Origin: Methanobacteriota archaeon
Lineage (GTDB): Archaea; Thermoplasmatota; Poseidoniia; Poseidoniales; Poseidoniaceae
Length of the DNA stretch: 64,000 bases
Direction: 5' to 3'
Assembly: GCA_011526375.1 (NCBI GenBank)
Contig: WTIT01000089.1
Coordinates: forward strand, 3,337 to 67,336
The notes under the pieces are model-generated. The model searched no databases. It saw only the letters and a list, made by a program, of their open reading frames with translations, and was not told the DNA's origin. This document shows, one piece after another, positions 1 to 9,024 of the stretch (positions within the stretch are counted from its first letter, which is position 1; every line of letters starts with the position of its first letter). Made by a program: the position numbers and the translations under genes.

Positions 1-1
1 A

Positions 2-469
2 ACCGAACTAGATGACGATTTGAAACTCGCAGTTGCTGAGATGAAAGCTAGAGACGATTGGTATGTCTCCCACATGACTCTGTTTGAAGATTTGAACAAG
101 GCGATTAAGGAAAGATATGAGATGATTGAGCGTGCGGTTGAAGCAGAGCGCAAATCACAACACATGGCTAGAGCATTCGAAGAAAGAGTCGATGAAATGG
201 TTGAGGCTAGAGCAGCAGAAATGACTGTTGAAGAGGCTGAAGAAATCAATTCTAAGACTGACGATGCGGACGAGAAAGACTACAATGACGAGGCAGTCGA
301 GGAAGCAATCGAAACTGCAGCCGAAGAAGCAGTCGCTGAGGAAGACGTTGAAGCAGTAGCCGAGCCTGCAGAAGAAGCACCTGCTGAAGAAGCAGTTACT
401 GAAGAGGCCCCAGCACCAGCACCAGCGCCTACATGGGGCGATGATGAAGACCCTTGGGCTGACAACTAG
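2..469 (+). CDS. C-terminal part of an acidic coiled-coil protein (5' end outside window)
   Basis: Reading frame is open from nt 2, with no stop before the TTG at 20 used by the ORF track. E/A/D-rich helical sequence ends PAPAPAPTWGDDEDPWADN. No family recognised. Confidence 0.5.
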   Translation, partial: TELDDDLKLAVAEMKARDDWYVSHMTLFEDLNKAIKERYEMIERAVEAERKSQHMARAFEERVDEMVEARAAEMTVEEAEEINSKTDDADEKDYNDEAVEEAIETAAEEAVAEEDVEAVAEPAEEAPAEEAVTEEAPAPAPAPTWGDDEDPWADN

Positions 470-474
470 GTGAT
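468..474 (+). promoter_or_regulatory. Shine-Dalgarno site (AGGTGAT) for the psd-like gene
   Basis: AGGTGAT lies 3 nt upstream of the ATG at 478. It is complementary to the canonical archaeal 16S 3' end (..GAUCACCUCCU). Confidence 0.6.
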
Positions 475-477
475 ATC

Positions 478-1323
478 ATGGGCGGCCTTGCTAGGGGCGG
501 GCACGCTCCAGTATTGATAACCTTCATGATGGGCACAAGTGCCATCATAATTGGCGTTACAATTGATTCAATCAACGGTCTGATGCACCTTTTTGGCGTT
601 TTATGTTGGATGCTGTCAGCATTTTTCGCTAACTTCTGGCGAGATCCAGACCGAAAGATACCTCAAGATGAGGGCATATTGGTATCGCCTGCAGATGGAC
701 ATGTTATGTTTGTTAGAAGAGAGCGTGCTACTGGGAGAAGACCAAACAAAGAGGAATTAGATTCTGCGTTAATTGAATCAGATAAGCTGACTGGGCCTTG
801 GTATCCTGAAGCAATAGAGAAGCCACTTTCATTTGCTACCGAGCAACGGTTCGAATCTGTTCCTAAAGGTGAGGAATCTTCAACAGACGTATTTCGAATC
901 GCGATTTTCATGTCACCACTCGACGTTCATGTCAATCGCTCCCCGTGCGCTGCGACAATTGAGAGGATGGAACATCGCACCGGCCAAGGCCGTCGTAGAG
1001 GGCCATTTTTGCCTGCCATGAAGAAAGAGAGCGAACACAATGAGAGAGTTAGAACCGTATTGTTGTGTGAAGATGATATTAGAATCGAAGTATGTCAAAT
1101 ATCTGGCGCGCTAGCGAGAACAATCGTACCTTGGACAACGGTTGGTGATGAGTTGAGGCGCGGGCAAAGATACGGCATGATTCGTTTAGGCTCTAGAGTC
1201 GATGTTCGCGCACCAGCCGAATTGTTTACACCGATAGTAGAATCAGCAGAATCAGGTAATCCCGATTTACCAAAAGGCCAATTCGTTCAGGCTGGCTCGT
1301 CAATATTATTCAAGCGTAAGTAG
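478..1323 (+). CDS. psd: Phosphatidylserine (archaetidylserine) decarboxylase proenzyme-like
   Basis: N-terminal TM helices. PADGHV, SPLDVHVNRSP and IRLGSRVDV (LGS-type self-cleavage region) motifs are typical of the short archaeal/bacterial PSD family. Confidence 0.75.
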   Translation: MGGLARGGHAPVLITFMMGTSAIIIGVTIDSINGLMHLFGVLCWMLSAFFANFWRDPDRKIPQDEGILVSPADGHVMFVRRERATGRRPNKEELDSALIESDKLTGPWYPEAIEKPLSFATEQRFESVPKGEESSTDVFRIAIFMSPLDVHVNRSPCAATIERMEHRTGQGRRRGPFLPAMKKESEHNERVRTVLLCEDDIRIEVCQISGALARTIVPWTTVGDELRRGQRYGMIRLGSRVDVRAPAELFTPIVESAESGNPDLPKGQFVQAGSSILFKRK

Positions 1324-1331
1324 GTGGGAAT

Positions 1332-2498
1332 ATGAGCAAAAAAATCTCACTTACGTTAATTGGTAATAATCCCAAACCTGCAAAAATCCACGATTTAGTA
1401 AAGGCACCGGCAAATACGCCATGGGCTAAAGAGAAGCAACAATCGTGGGATGCCAATAAACCTGCGACCGTATACGTTACCCCAGAGACTTTGCCCGACG
1501 GAACTCCATGTAGCGCAGTAACGGTTATTTTACGCACCAAAGGCTGTCACTGGTGGTGGTCAAGTGGTTGTACATTTTGTGGATACTTCAACGATACTAG
1601 AGATGATGTAACCAATGAGAATCTTCACGCTCAGTGGAATTCTGCCAAAGAAAAATATGATAATTTCACCGGCCAACAAATGGTTAAGATTTACACCTCT
1701 GGCTCGCTGTTAGAGGATAGAGAGATTCCAATTGAATTCCAAGAAACGGTACTCCGTGAATGCCATGAAATGGGCAAAGAATTGATTGTTGAAAGCCGAT
1801 GTGAGCAGTTGAGCGAAGAAAAACTAGCTTGGGCAACTTCACTAAATCCATCATTTACCGTGGCTATTGGCCTAGAAGCGTATGATGATGAAGTATTGCG
1901 CTTTCACGTCAACAAAGGCTTTTCAACAAAATCATGGGATAAAGCGGTAGAAAATCTACGTAAATTCAATCTAAGAGTCAAGACTTACTTGATGTTCAAA
2001 CCACCATTTATGTCAGAAAAAGATGCGCTTGACCACGGAGTTAGATGGATCAGAGATGTCGCATCGAGAAGCGATGAAATTTCGGTAAACCCGATGAATA
2101 TCCAACGTGGCACCATAATTGACCGTTTACATCGACACAATGAGTATCGTCCACCATGGCTATGGTCGCTAGTTGAAATGATAAAACAAGCTCATCCACA
2201 TATCTATCCAGAAGGAGGAGTAAATGGCTCACCAGACCAAATCTGCCGCCTAATTATTCATCCTACGGCGGGAGGTAAAATCCGTGGTGCTCACAATTGT
2301 GGCAGTTGTGATAAATTCGTTGTGGCAGCCATAGAAAGGTATGCAGTAAGTGGCGACCTTAGAGAGTTCGAAGGTCTGTCTTGTGAGTGTCAATCAATTT
2401 GGCAAGCAGAATTGGCGTTGGAGTCAGCATTGCCGTTACCGCTTGGAATTTCTCAACCTAGACGTGGCAATCGCATAGAGAATCTGCGTTCTCTATGA
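1332..2498 (+). CDS. Radical SAM protein, COG1244/TIGR01210-like (possibly archaeosine-pathway RaSEA type)
   Basis: Cys cluster RTKGCHWWWSSGCTFCGY followed by a TIM-barrel-like region. AGGTGG SD lies 4 nt upstream of the ATG. The RaSEA assignment is from memory of that family's motif and was not searched. Confidence 0.6.
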   Translation: MSKKISLTLIGNNPKPAKIHDLVKAPANTPWAKEKQQSWDANKPATVYVTPETLPDGTPCSAVTVILRTKGCHWWWSSGCTFCGYFNDTRDDVTNENLHAQWNSAKEKYDNFTGQQMVKIYTSGSLLEDREIPIEFQETVLRECHEMGKELIVESRCEQLSEEKLAWATSLNPSFTVAIGLEAYDDEVLRFHVNKGFSTKSWDKAVENLRKFNLRVKTYLMFKPPFMSEKDALDHGVRWIRDVASRSDEISVNPMNIQRGTIIDRLHRHNEYRPPWLWSLVEMIKQAHPHIYPEGGVNGSPDQICRLIIHPTAGGKIRGAHNCGSCDKFVVAAIERYAVSGDLREFEGLSCECQSIWQAELALESALPLPLGISQPRRGNRIENLRSL

Positions 2499-2588
2499 GA
2501 CAATTTTGAGATTTACCTTACTGAATGTTTATCATCACTCTACCGGTGGGTTGGATTGACCCCTTTGGGGTCAAACGGGGGAAGACGA

Positions 2589-2858
2589 ATGAATAACTCA
2601 ATACTACCAGATGTAACAGTTGGTTCAGGACAACCGTCCATGGGTCGAGTAGCACTCACACTAATGTTTGTTGGAGTGTTCGGCTTGTTTGCGCTTTTTG
2701 CCAATATTTTCGGCTGGGATTCAATGCCAATCCTTGGCGACGTGGTTCCATTCATCGGCAATCTTGGCGGTAGTGGAATCTGGTATTACTTGGTCGGATT
2801 ATTAATTGGAATTGGTGTCATTGTTGCAACTCTTATCGGCGAGGTAGTTGTCGAATAG
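2589..2858 (+). CDS. Small 2-TM membrane protein (start moved to ATG 2589)
   Basis: ORF track starts at TTG 2556. The ATG at 2589 is preceded by GGGGGAAG. Two hydrophobic helices (ALTLMFVGVFGLFALFANIF; IWYYLVGLLIGIGVIVATLIG). Ends 14 nt before the next gene. Confidence 0.55.
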   Translation: MNNSILPDVTVGSGQPSMGRVALTLMFVGVFGLFALFANIFGWDSMPILGDVVPFIGNLGGSGIWYYLVGLLIGIGVIVATLIGEVVVE

Positions 2859-2860
2859 AC

Positions 2861-2866
2861 GGAGGA
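2861..2866 (+). promoter_or_regulatory. Shine-Dalgarno site (GGAGGA) for the 726-aa membrane protein
   Basis: GGAGGA lies 6 nt upstream of the ATG at 2873. Confidence 0.6.
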
Positions 2867-2872
2867 TTTGTT

Positions 2873-5053
2873 ATGGAACCAGTATTTATTTCAGCAGCAA
2901 TTCTTCTTGCAATTTTGGTTATAGTTTCGTATTATGTCACCAACGGTATTGGAACTATGGGCGCTCCAATGCGCCAGTTCGCATTGTTCCTCATGAATAA
3001 AGCGCCAGTCGGACTTGTCGATCTATTCAAGGATGAGCCTGGTAGTGGTAGTCGAACTTGGATTAAGTACGGAACTGGCTGGTTCTTGTTGGCTGCAATT
3101 TGTGGCTTTATCGGCATTTGGCACAAGTATGACCCAACAGCACTTGATTCACTAGCAAGCATTGGTTGGTCATACGATGATGGCTCAGCATTGTCAGACT
3201 TCACCTCTTCGGTAATGGGAATTGCCTTCACCTATTTGCTAGTTGGAGGCTGTTTAGTTGCTGTATCAAGAGCAGGCAGCAATCGTTTAGCCAGCGAGGC
3301 TAACGCGTCAATGGTTGCAGTGTTATACACTGCTTCAATGGCTTTTAGCCTAATTTTAATCCCGATTATATTCAATTTTGTCGACATCACAGATGAACAA
3401 AATGTTAGAGATTTAATCACTTTGATGACTACCTATGTTGTTTCCAGTCTGTTGTTTGCGGCTCTGTTGATGAATGTTCTAGCAACTTACTCGACTAGGG
3501 GAGAGGGAACTTCCTCAATCACTGCATGGTTTTTGATAATGGCCGTCGTTGCCAAACTGGTTGCAAACATGTATCACCTGATTGGCGAAGCAACCGATAA
3601 CTCCCAAATGGTCTGGCTTTCAGAGCGAGTATTGGATGGCTGGGTACCACTTGCATTGATGTTCGCTCTAGCCTACCACGTTATCCCCCATGCTGCTAAA
3701 GCACCAGTATGGTCTGGCTCTCTTTTGAACGCAAACATGGTACTGCTGTTTGTTACTGTTCCACCGTTCTTCATGACCGAATCAAATGCAGGAGAGTTGT
3801 TACAGAATGTTGGCGCTTTACTGCTAACATTCTCTATGCTACCGTTGTTCGCTGGCTCGATCAACCTACTAGCCACAGCCTCAGCAAATTCCGGCAATGT
3901 TCTCAAAAATCCTGGTGCATTATCTGCAACCCTTGCTATGTTCTTGCTACCAATATTTGCCGTTGGAAGTTACTTCACAGGTATGGATACTTTGACAGGT
4001 ACCGATAAGATGCTGACTATGTCAACCACAATCGATGAAGGATTCATGTACACAGTTGGTGGCTTGATGATGCTTTCCGCAGTATTCTCATCTTATCCGC
4101 TTGCTGCTGGTAGAAAACTAGCTGATAGTTCACGAGGCAATATGGCGACATGGTTCATGATGTTCGGCGGGTTAACCGCAACAATTACCATGTTGATTGG
4201 GGATTTCACAGAAAAAGCTGTCTTGGATTCAGGCGTTGAAGATGTTGTAGCATCCACCTCGGGCTTCTATCTAACCGCTGCCGCAATGTTTTACCTTGTT
4301 GCAATATCAGTGGTAATGGCCACATTAGTGCTAATTAGAACCGGCACCTCTTCACAGAAACTGGAAGAACTTACCACTGGGGAATCAGACGTTGAGACAT
4401 ATACTCTAGTCGATGGAACAACCACGACAATCCAACAATTAATTGGCAGAGGAGTTGGCTTGAACACAACTCTAGTAATTGGCGATACCGTTGATGATGA
4501 GGGCGGCTCCACTGTCATAGCAGTTTCAGCATCGCTTCACAATGATGAGGTCACAGAATTCCCCGAGGAGGAGGAAGTCGATGAGGTTGAAGAGATTAAA
4601 GGGCCTGATAAGCAACTAGTCATGCTAGCAGATTATCTAAACAAAACTGGCCAATCGGTGTTTGAATTTTTCAAATCAATTGACCTAGATGATTCAGGCA
4701 ATATCGATGGATTTGAACTTCAACAAGCGCTAATCAAGAGTGATGTGGGAGAATATCCTCCGTGGGAAGTCGAAGCACTCGTTTCAGCCATAGACCTTGA
4801 CAAAGACGGCAAACTAAATCTTCCAGAACTAAGTATTGCTCTTGCCCAAATCGCCTCAAATTACGGTGCTCCAAAGGCCGATGAACCGACATCTGATGAC
4901 TCAGAAGAGTCGGAAGATGAGGTCGAATCAGAGCACACAGAAGCCTCACTAAGTAAACTCAAGAAAGCAGAATTGATTGCCATTGCTGAAGACATGGGTG
5001 TTGCAACAACTGGAACAAAGAGTGACTTGGTAGCGGCAATATTAGGCGCATGA
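2873..5053 (+). CDS. Polytopic (about 13 TM) membrane protein, heme-copper-oxidase subunit I-like but lacking His ligands, with C-terminal EF-hand pair and SAP/Rho_N-like motif
   Basis: About 13 hydrophobic helices in residues 1-490. AYHVIPHAAKAPVWSG and the downstream helix pattern resemble CcoN/COX1. An acidic linker is followed by two EF-hand loops and a terminal KKAELIAIAEDMGVATTGTKSDLVAAILGA. Confidence 0.6.
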   Translation: MEPVFISAAILLAILVIVSYYVTNGIGTMGAPMRQFALFLMNKAPVGLVDLFKDEPGSGSRTWIKYGTGWFLLAAICGFIGIWHKYDPTALDSLASIGWSYDDGSALSDFTSSVMGIAFTYLLVGGCLVAVSRAGSNRLASEANASMVAVLYTASMAFSLILIPIIFNFVDITDEQNVRDLITLMTTYVVSSLLFAALLMNVLATYSTRGEGTSSITAWFLIMAVVAKLVANMYHLIGEATDNSQMVWLSERVLDGWVPLALMFALAYHVIPHAAKAPVWSGSLLNANMVLLFVTVPPFFMTESNAGELLQNVGALLLTFSMLPLFAGSINLLATASANSGNVLKNPGALSATLAMFLLPIFAVGSYFTGMDTLTGTDKMLTMSTTIDEGFMYTVGGLMMLSAVFSSYPLAAGRKLADSSRGNMATWFMMFGGLTATITMLIGDFTEKAVLDSGVEDVVASTSGFYLTAAAMFYLVAISVVMATLVLIRTGTSSQKLEELTTGESDVETYTLVDGTTTTIQQLIGRGVGLNTTLVIGDTVDDEGGSTVIAVSASLHNDEVTEFPEEEEVDEVEEIKGPDKQLVMLADYLNKTGQSVFEFFKSIDLDDSGNIDGFELQQALIKSDVGEYPPWEVEALVSAIDLDKDGKLNLPELSIALAQIASNYGAPKADEPTSDDSEESEDEVESEHTEASLSKLKKAELIAIAEDMGVATTGTKSDLVAAILGA
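4682..4828 (+). other. EF-hand pair (Ca2+-binding loops DLDDSGNIDGFE and DLDKDGKLNLPE)
   Basis: Both loops fit the 12-residue D-x-D-x-[DS]-G-x-[IL]-x-x-x-E EF-hand consensus. They are flanked by helices and spaced 37 codons apart. Confidence 0.8.
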
Positions 5054-5066
5054 TCGGCGATGCTGT

Positions 5067-6347
5067 ATGAAAATAGGCTTGGTTGGCAAACCCAATGTTG
5101 GTAAGTCAACATTTTTCTCTGCTGCGACGCTAGCAAAAGTGGATATCGCAAACTATCCATTTTGTACCATTGATCCAAATGTAGGAGTTGCTTTCGTTGC
5201 TGCTAGATTACCATGCCCGTGTAAAGAATTACGACAGAAACTGGAATCAGACGGCAGGTTAAGCCCGCCTCTAGACGACGATCCAAGAAAAGGTAGTATC
5301 TGCGAGCCAAGAACAGGTAGTTGTGTAGAATTCAAGCGACTAGTGCCTTGTTATCTTGTGGATGTTGCGGGTCTAGTTCCCGGTGCCAGTGAAGGAAGGG
5401 GTAGAGGAAATGCTTTCCTTGCAGATTTGTCAAATTGTGATGCCTTAATCCAAGTTGTTGATGCAGCAGCATCAACGGACATTGAGGGCAATCCAACCTC
5501 GCCGGCAAAAGAAATTGTCAATGCAGTAAGTTCAATTCAAGCAGAGATCGATTTTCTATCCCTCGAATTAGATAATTGGATTCTTGGCTTACTGGAGGAC
5601 AGTTGGTCGAGAGGAGTTAGAAGAGTACAATCAGAAGGAGAGAAAGGGATTCTAAATTTCCTCCATGATAAATTGACAGGATTGGGTTCATCTATGACTC
5701 TAATCACTAAGGGATTTGAACAATTCAAATCCCAACATAATGATTCAACATCACCATGGGATTGGCAGAGAGATGTGTTACAATTATTAGCGAAAAATCT
5801 TCGTAAGCAATTATTCCCAATACACATCGCAGCAAATAAATCAGATATGGCACTTTCAGGAGTTCTGGGTGAAGTTAACGCTAATGGAATTATCATTCCC
5901 TGCATGGCAGATATGGAACTTGCACTCAGAAGAGCCTCTTCTGCGGGAATGATAGATTATCAGTTAGGCTCAAGCGAGTTTTCAATTTCAGACGAGGCTA
6001 ATCTAAACGAAAAGCAACTTGAAGCCCTCAACAAAATGAAAGAGAAATTGGCTTCAGTAGGCTCAACAGGTGTTGCCGAAATTATCGATAAAGTGCTTTT
6101 TGACCAACTCGAGCATATTGTCGTTTATCCTGTTCAAGATGAAGGGCAATGGACTGATGGCGATGGCAAAGTCTTGCCTGATGCATTTGTCGTACCACAA
6201 GGAATTACCGCCAAACCGCTAGCTTACAAAGTACACAGTGATCTTGGTGATGGTTTCATCAAGGGTGTTGACGGAAGAACTCGTAGAGCAGTTGGTGCTG
6301 ATTATGAGTTAAACAATGGAGATGTACTCAAGATTCATTCAAAGTAG
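5067..6347 (+). CDS. Obg-like GTPase/ATPase of the YchF/OLA1-related archaeal (Ygr210-type) subfamily
   Basis: P-loop GKPNVGKSTFF, DVAGLV (G3), NKSD (G4) and a C-terminal TGS-like beta-grasp region (VYPVQDE...GDVLKIHSK). Cys-rich insert PCPC...CEPRTGSC. Confidence 0.8.
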   Translation: MKIGLVGKPNVGKSTFFSAATLAKVDIANYPFCTIDPNVGVAFVAARLPCPCKELRQKLESDGRLSPPLDDDPRKGSICEPRTGSCVEFKRLVPCYLVDVAGLVPGASEGRGRGNAFLADLSNCDALIQVVDAAASTDIEGNPTSPAKEIVNAVSSIQAEIDFLSLELDNWILGLLEDSWSRGVRRVQSEGEKGILNFLHDKLTGLGSSMTLITKGFEQFKSQHNDSTSPWDWQRDVLQLLAKNLRKQLFPIHIAANKSDMALSGVLGEVNANGIIIPCMADMELALRRASSAGMIDYQLGSSEFSISDEANLNEKQLEALNKMKEKLASVGSTGVAEIIDKVLFDQLEHIVVYPVQDEGQWTDGDGKVLPDAFVVPQGITAKPLAYKVHSDLGDGFIKGVDGRTRRAVGADYELNNGDVLKIHSK

Positions 6348-6734
6348 TCAGTGACCTTTTGGACGTTCATACTCGGGAGTAAGTCTTGCCATATTTCCAG
6401 CAAAATGTGCACTTCTTATGAAGAACCAAGCAGGTGCAAATAGCGTTAATCCGATTAGTAATAGCAGGAAGTATAACCCCCAAGGCTCTACAGAACTGAT
6501 GTACATGCCCCATAGAGTCCACAGTACTGGTATGTACAGGAACATGCTGTACCTTCTAGCAACAAGTGAAAGTCTGGCATTGCGCAATTTTTCACTGTAG
6601 AAGTTTTCAGCTTCTTCCTCGGTTGCTATCTTCATATCAACCGCACATCGAATGCATACCTGTGCGCGAGGCCCGTTACCGTGGATGAATTGGTCTCGAG
6701 AAAAAGTCCCTAGACAGTACCTGCAAGTTGGCAT
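6348..6734 (-). CDS. Zinc-ribbon (CxxC...CxxC) protein with two C-terminal TM helices
   Basis: ORF track start 6821 overlaps the upstream gene. The ATG at 6734 (MPTCRYC) is preceded by GGGGGAG. Motifs CRYC...CIRC, then two hydrophobic helices. Confidence 0.5.
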   Translation of the reverse strand: MPTCRYCLGTFSRDQFIHGNGPRAQVCIRCAVDMKIATEEEAENFYSEKLRNARLSLVARRYSMFLYIPVLWTLWGMYISSVEPWGLYFLLLLIGLTLFAPAWFFIRSAHFAGNMARLTPEYERPKGH

Positions 6735-6771
6735 TCTGCTCCCCCATGTCAACGGAGATGGTCTTGATTCT

Positions 6772-9024
6772 TCAAGCATCCGATTGAAGAGCCAAAAATG
6801 CCGTAATAATTTCAATACCATTTATCGAACCAATAGATTCTGGATGGAATTGAACACCATGTATTGGCTTTGAGCAATGCCTTAATCCCATAATTGACCC
6901 ATACTCATCATAGACGTTAGGTATCAATTCAGTATTACCTTCACCGGTAATTATCAATGAGTTGTATCGAACAAATTGATTTGATTTATTTGAGCTTGCG
7001 AACAGACCTGAACCATCACTCTGACAAGTGACCGGTGCTCCATGTACTGCACCGTTAGGGTCTTTGATCAATCGATAACCACCGACTAAGCCCAATGCTT
7101 GATGTCCTAAACAAACTCCAAGGACAGGTAGGTTTAGCACGCCGTCATTGGCTAATTGAGCGATTTTCATGGTTATTTTCGAATCTTCAGGTTTTCCCGG
7201 GCCGGGCCCCAAAACGATGTGTGAAGGGTGATATTTGTTGAAAACGTCAAGGAGAACACTAGAATCTGCGTAGCCGTCAGATTTGGCGTCTCTGCCATTT
7301 AGCACACAAACATCATGGCCTAATCCGGCAATTACATGAGCGATATTTAGGGTAAAAGAATCTAAATTATCAATAATTATTACATTATTTTCTAATTTTT
7401 CACCTTCCAAATTCAAATCCGCAATCGTGTAAACCTCGCCACAATTGGCGAATTTGAAGGTATTTTCGATTTCTAAGGCCGTCGTTTCTAATCTTCCAGT
7501 ATTGGTTACATCGAAATCAGGTTTTAGCCAACCACAGGCTTTCCTTATCGCTTGAGATTTCCAGACCGATTCTGCAACTTCCATGGTTGCTTCTGACCGA
7601 ATGGTGATGCCGCCACCTGCACCAACAGTTCCATGCCATTGCTTTCCGATCTTTTTTGCCTCCAAAGTACGGATAAGTATGTTCCATGAGCAGTTGTCGC
7701 TGTGAGGCTCGAACCAGCCAATAGAACCGGTCCAGAATGAGCGATTTGAGGTTTCTATTTGGTCAATGGCAGCACAGACCATTGTTCTTGGGCACCCAGT
7801 AATACTGCCACCTGGAAATATAGCACCCAACGCATCGCCACTAGTCTTGTCATCTAATAACACGCCCTCGATATGTGAAACTAGATGATGTACGTTAGCG
7901 TATGATTCGACATCAAATTTAGCAACATTTACACTACCAACTTTACAGATGCTGGACAAGTCATTACGCATCAAATCAACCAGCATTCGGTGTTCTGAAC
8001 GTTCTTTGATATCTGCAATCATCGAAGCAATCATCGCTAAATCTTCTGATTTGTTGGCGCCGCGTGTAACAGTTCCTTTGATTGGTGCGGTAGATAAAAT
8101 TCTATCATTACAACGTAACAGCGTCTCAGGTGAAGATGATACAATTGCTAGACCTAAGTCAACAGCCTCGATGTATGCAGAAAATGGTGCTGGATTGGAT
8201 ATTGACAATCGTTGGAATATTGTTAGAGGGTGTTCAACTAGTTTACCGGACCAGAAACGACCAAAATTTACCTGATAGAACACACCATTGGCGATTGAAT
8301 TCTTGATTTGTTCGATAGCATCGTGATGCTGTTCATCATCAACTGAGGAGATTTCTTGGTGGGTATTCGCTGGTTGCTTTGACAACGTTACAGAAATATC
8401 TTGTTTATCAATTACCTTTTCCACACATTCTGTCCATTGTTCATTGATCCCATAGACAGAGTATACATCATCATCAACAGAGTGTAGAATATAATTTTCA
8501 ACCAGCCACAAAACTGCTAAAATCTCATTTTGCTGAGGTAGTTTCTCCAACGAGATTGGTTGAGTGTATTGAATCATGTCATAGGCGATAGAACCCGCCC
8601 AGAAGGCTCCACGAGGCAGATGACTTTGTGTATCGAGGAATTCAACATTTGGAGTCAATTGTTTTAGTTTGTTCAACAAATCACCTAGCCCCTGTGCCGA
8701 TATAATATTCGAGTGATACCAGCATCCATGTTTCCATTCCTCGATTTCTGCGGTTAGTACAGGTCTCTCATCAAGCAATTCAATTTGGCCCTCCATGGCA
8801 TTATTTCCAATTTCCTTTCTAATATCATTGACCTGCTTAATGACAATTCTAGTATTACTCGGGCCACAAAGAATTGAATTTTGAGCTAAATGGCTGGCTG
8901 GGCCGCCAGATTGAAACAGAACTAAGTCTGGTGAACCATACTTGATTGCACCCATGCCTAACAGGTTGGAATCTATCAGCACTGGCGCTAATGCACTCAC
9001 GCCAGTTATTTCGAGTACTCGCAC
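6772..9024 (-). CDS. pabB: Aminodeoxychorismate (or anthranilate) synthase, fused component I + glutamine amidotransferase (PabB-PabA type)
   Basis: Chorismate-binding domain motifs (PGGSITGCPR, FWTGSIGW, GAGGGIT). C-terminal class-I GATase (LGVCLGHQALG, GVQFHPES). GTG start overlaps the upstream gene by 19 nt. Confidence 0.85.
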   Translation of the reverse strand: MRVLEITGVSALAPVLIDSNLLGMGAIKYGSPDLVLFQSGGPASHLAQNSILCGPSNTRIVIKQVNDIRKEIGNNAMEGQIELLDERPVLTAEIEEWKHGCWYHSNIISAQGLGDLLNKLKQLTPNVEFLDTQSHLPRGAFWAGSIAYDMIQYTQPISLEKLPQQNEILAVLWLVENYILHSVDDDVYSVYGINEQWTECVEKVIDKQDISVTLSKQPANTHQEISSVDDEQHHDAIEQIKNSIANGVFYQVNFGRFWSGKLVEHPLTIFQRLSISNPAPFSAYIEAVDLGLAIVSSSPETLLRCNDRILSTAPIKGTVTRGANKSEDLAMIASMIADIKERSEHRMLVDLMRNDLSSICKVGSVNVAKFDVESYANVHHLVSHIEGVLLDDKTSGDALGAIFPGGSITGCPRTMVCAAIDQIETSNRSFWTGSIGWFEPHSDNCSWNILIRTLEAKKIGKQWHGTVGAGGGITIRSEATMEVAESVWKSQAIRKACGWLKPDFDVTNTGRLETTALEIENTFKFANCGEVYTIADLNLEGEKLENNVIIIDNLDSFTLNIAHVIAGLGHDVCVLNGRDAKSDGYADSSVLLDVFNKYHPSHIVLGPGPGKPEDSKITMKIAQLANDGVLNLPVLGVCLGHQALGLVGGYRLIKDPNGAVHGAPVTCQSDGSGLFASSNKSNQFVRYNSLIITGEGNTELIPNVYDEYGSIMGLRHCSKPIHGVQFHPESIGSINGIEIITAFLALQSDA

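Noticed and set aside
411-469. Recurrent tryptophan-in-acidic-patch motifs: GDDEDPWADN here, MGWDDAPEF, DDDDWMSEF, LDFDDWVEL, EEDWMKY elsewhere
   Set aside because: These are short and degenerate within generally acidic tails and could arise from composition alone. They are noted inside other findings but not claimed as a shared motif.
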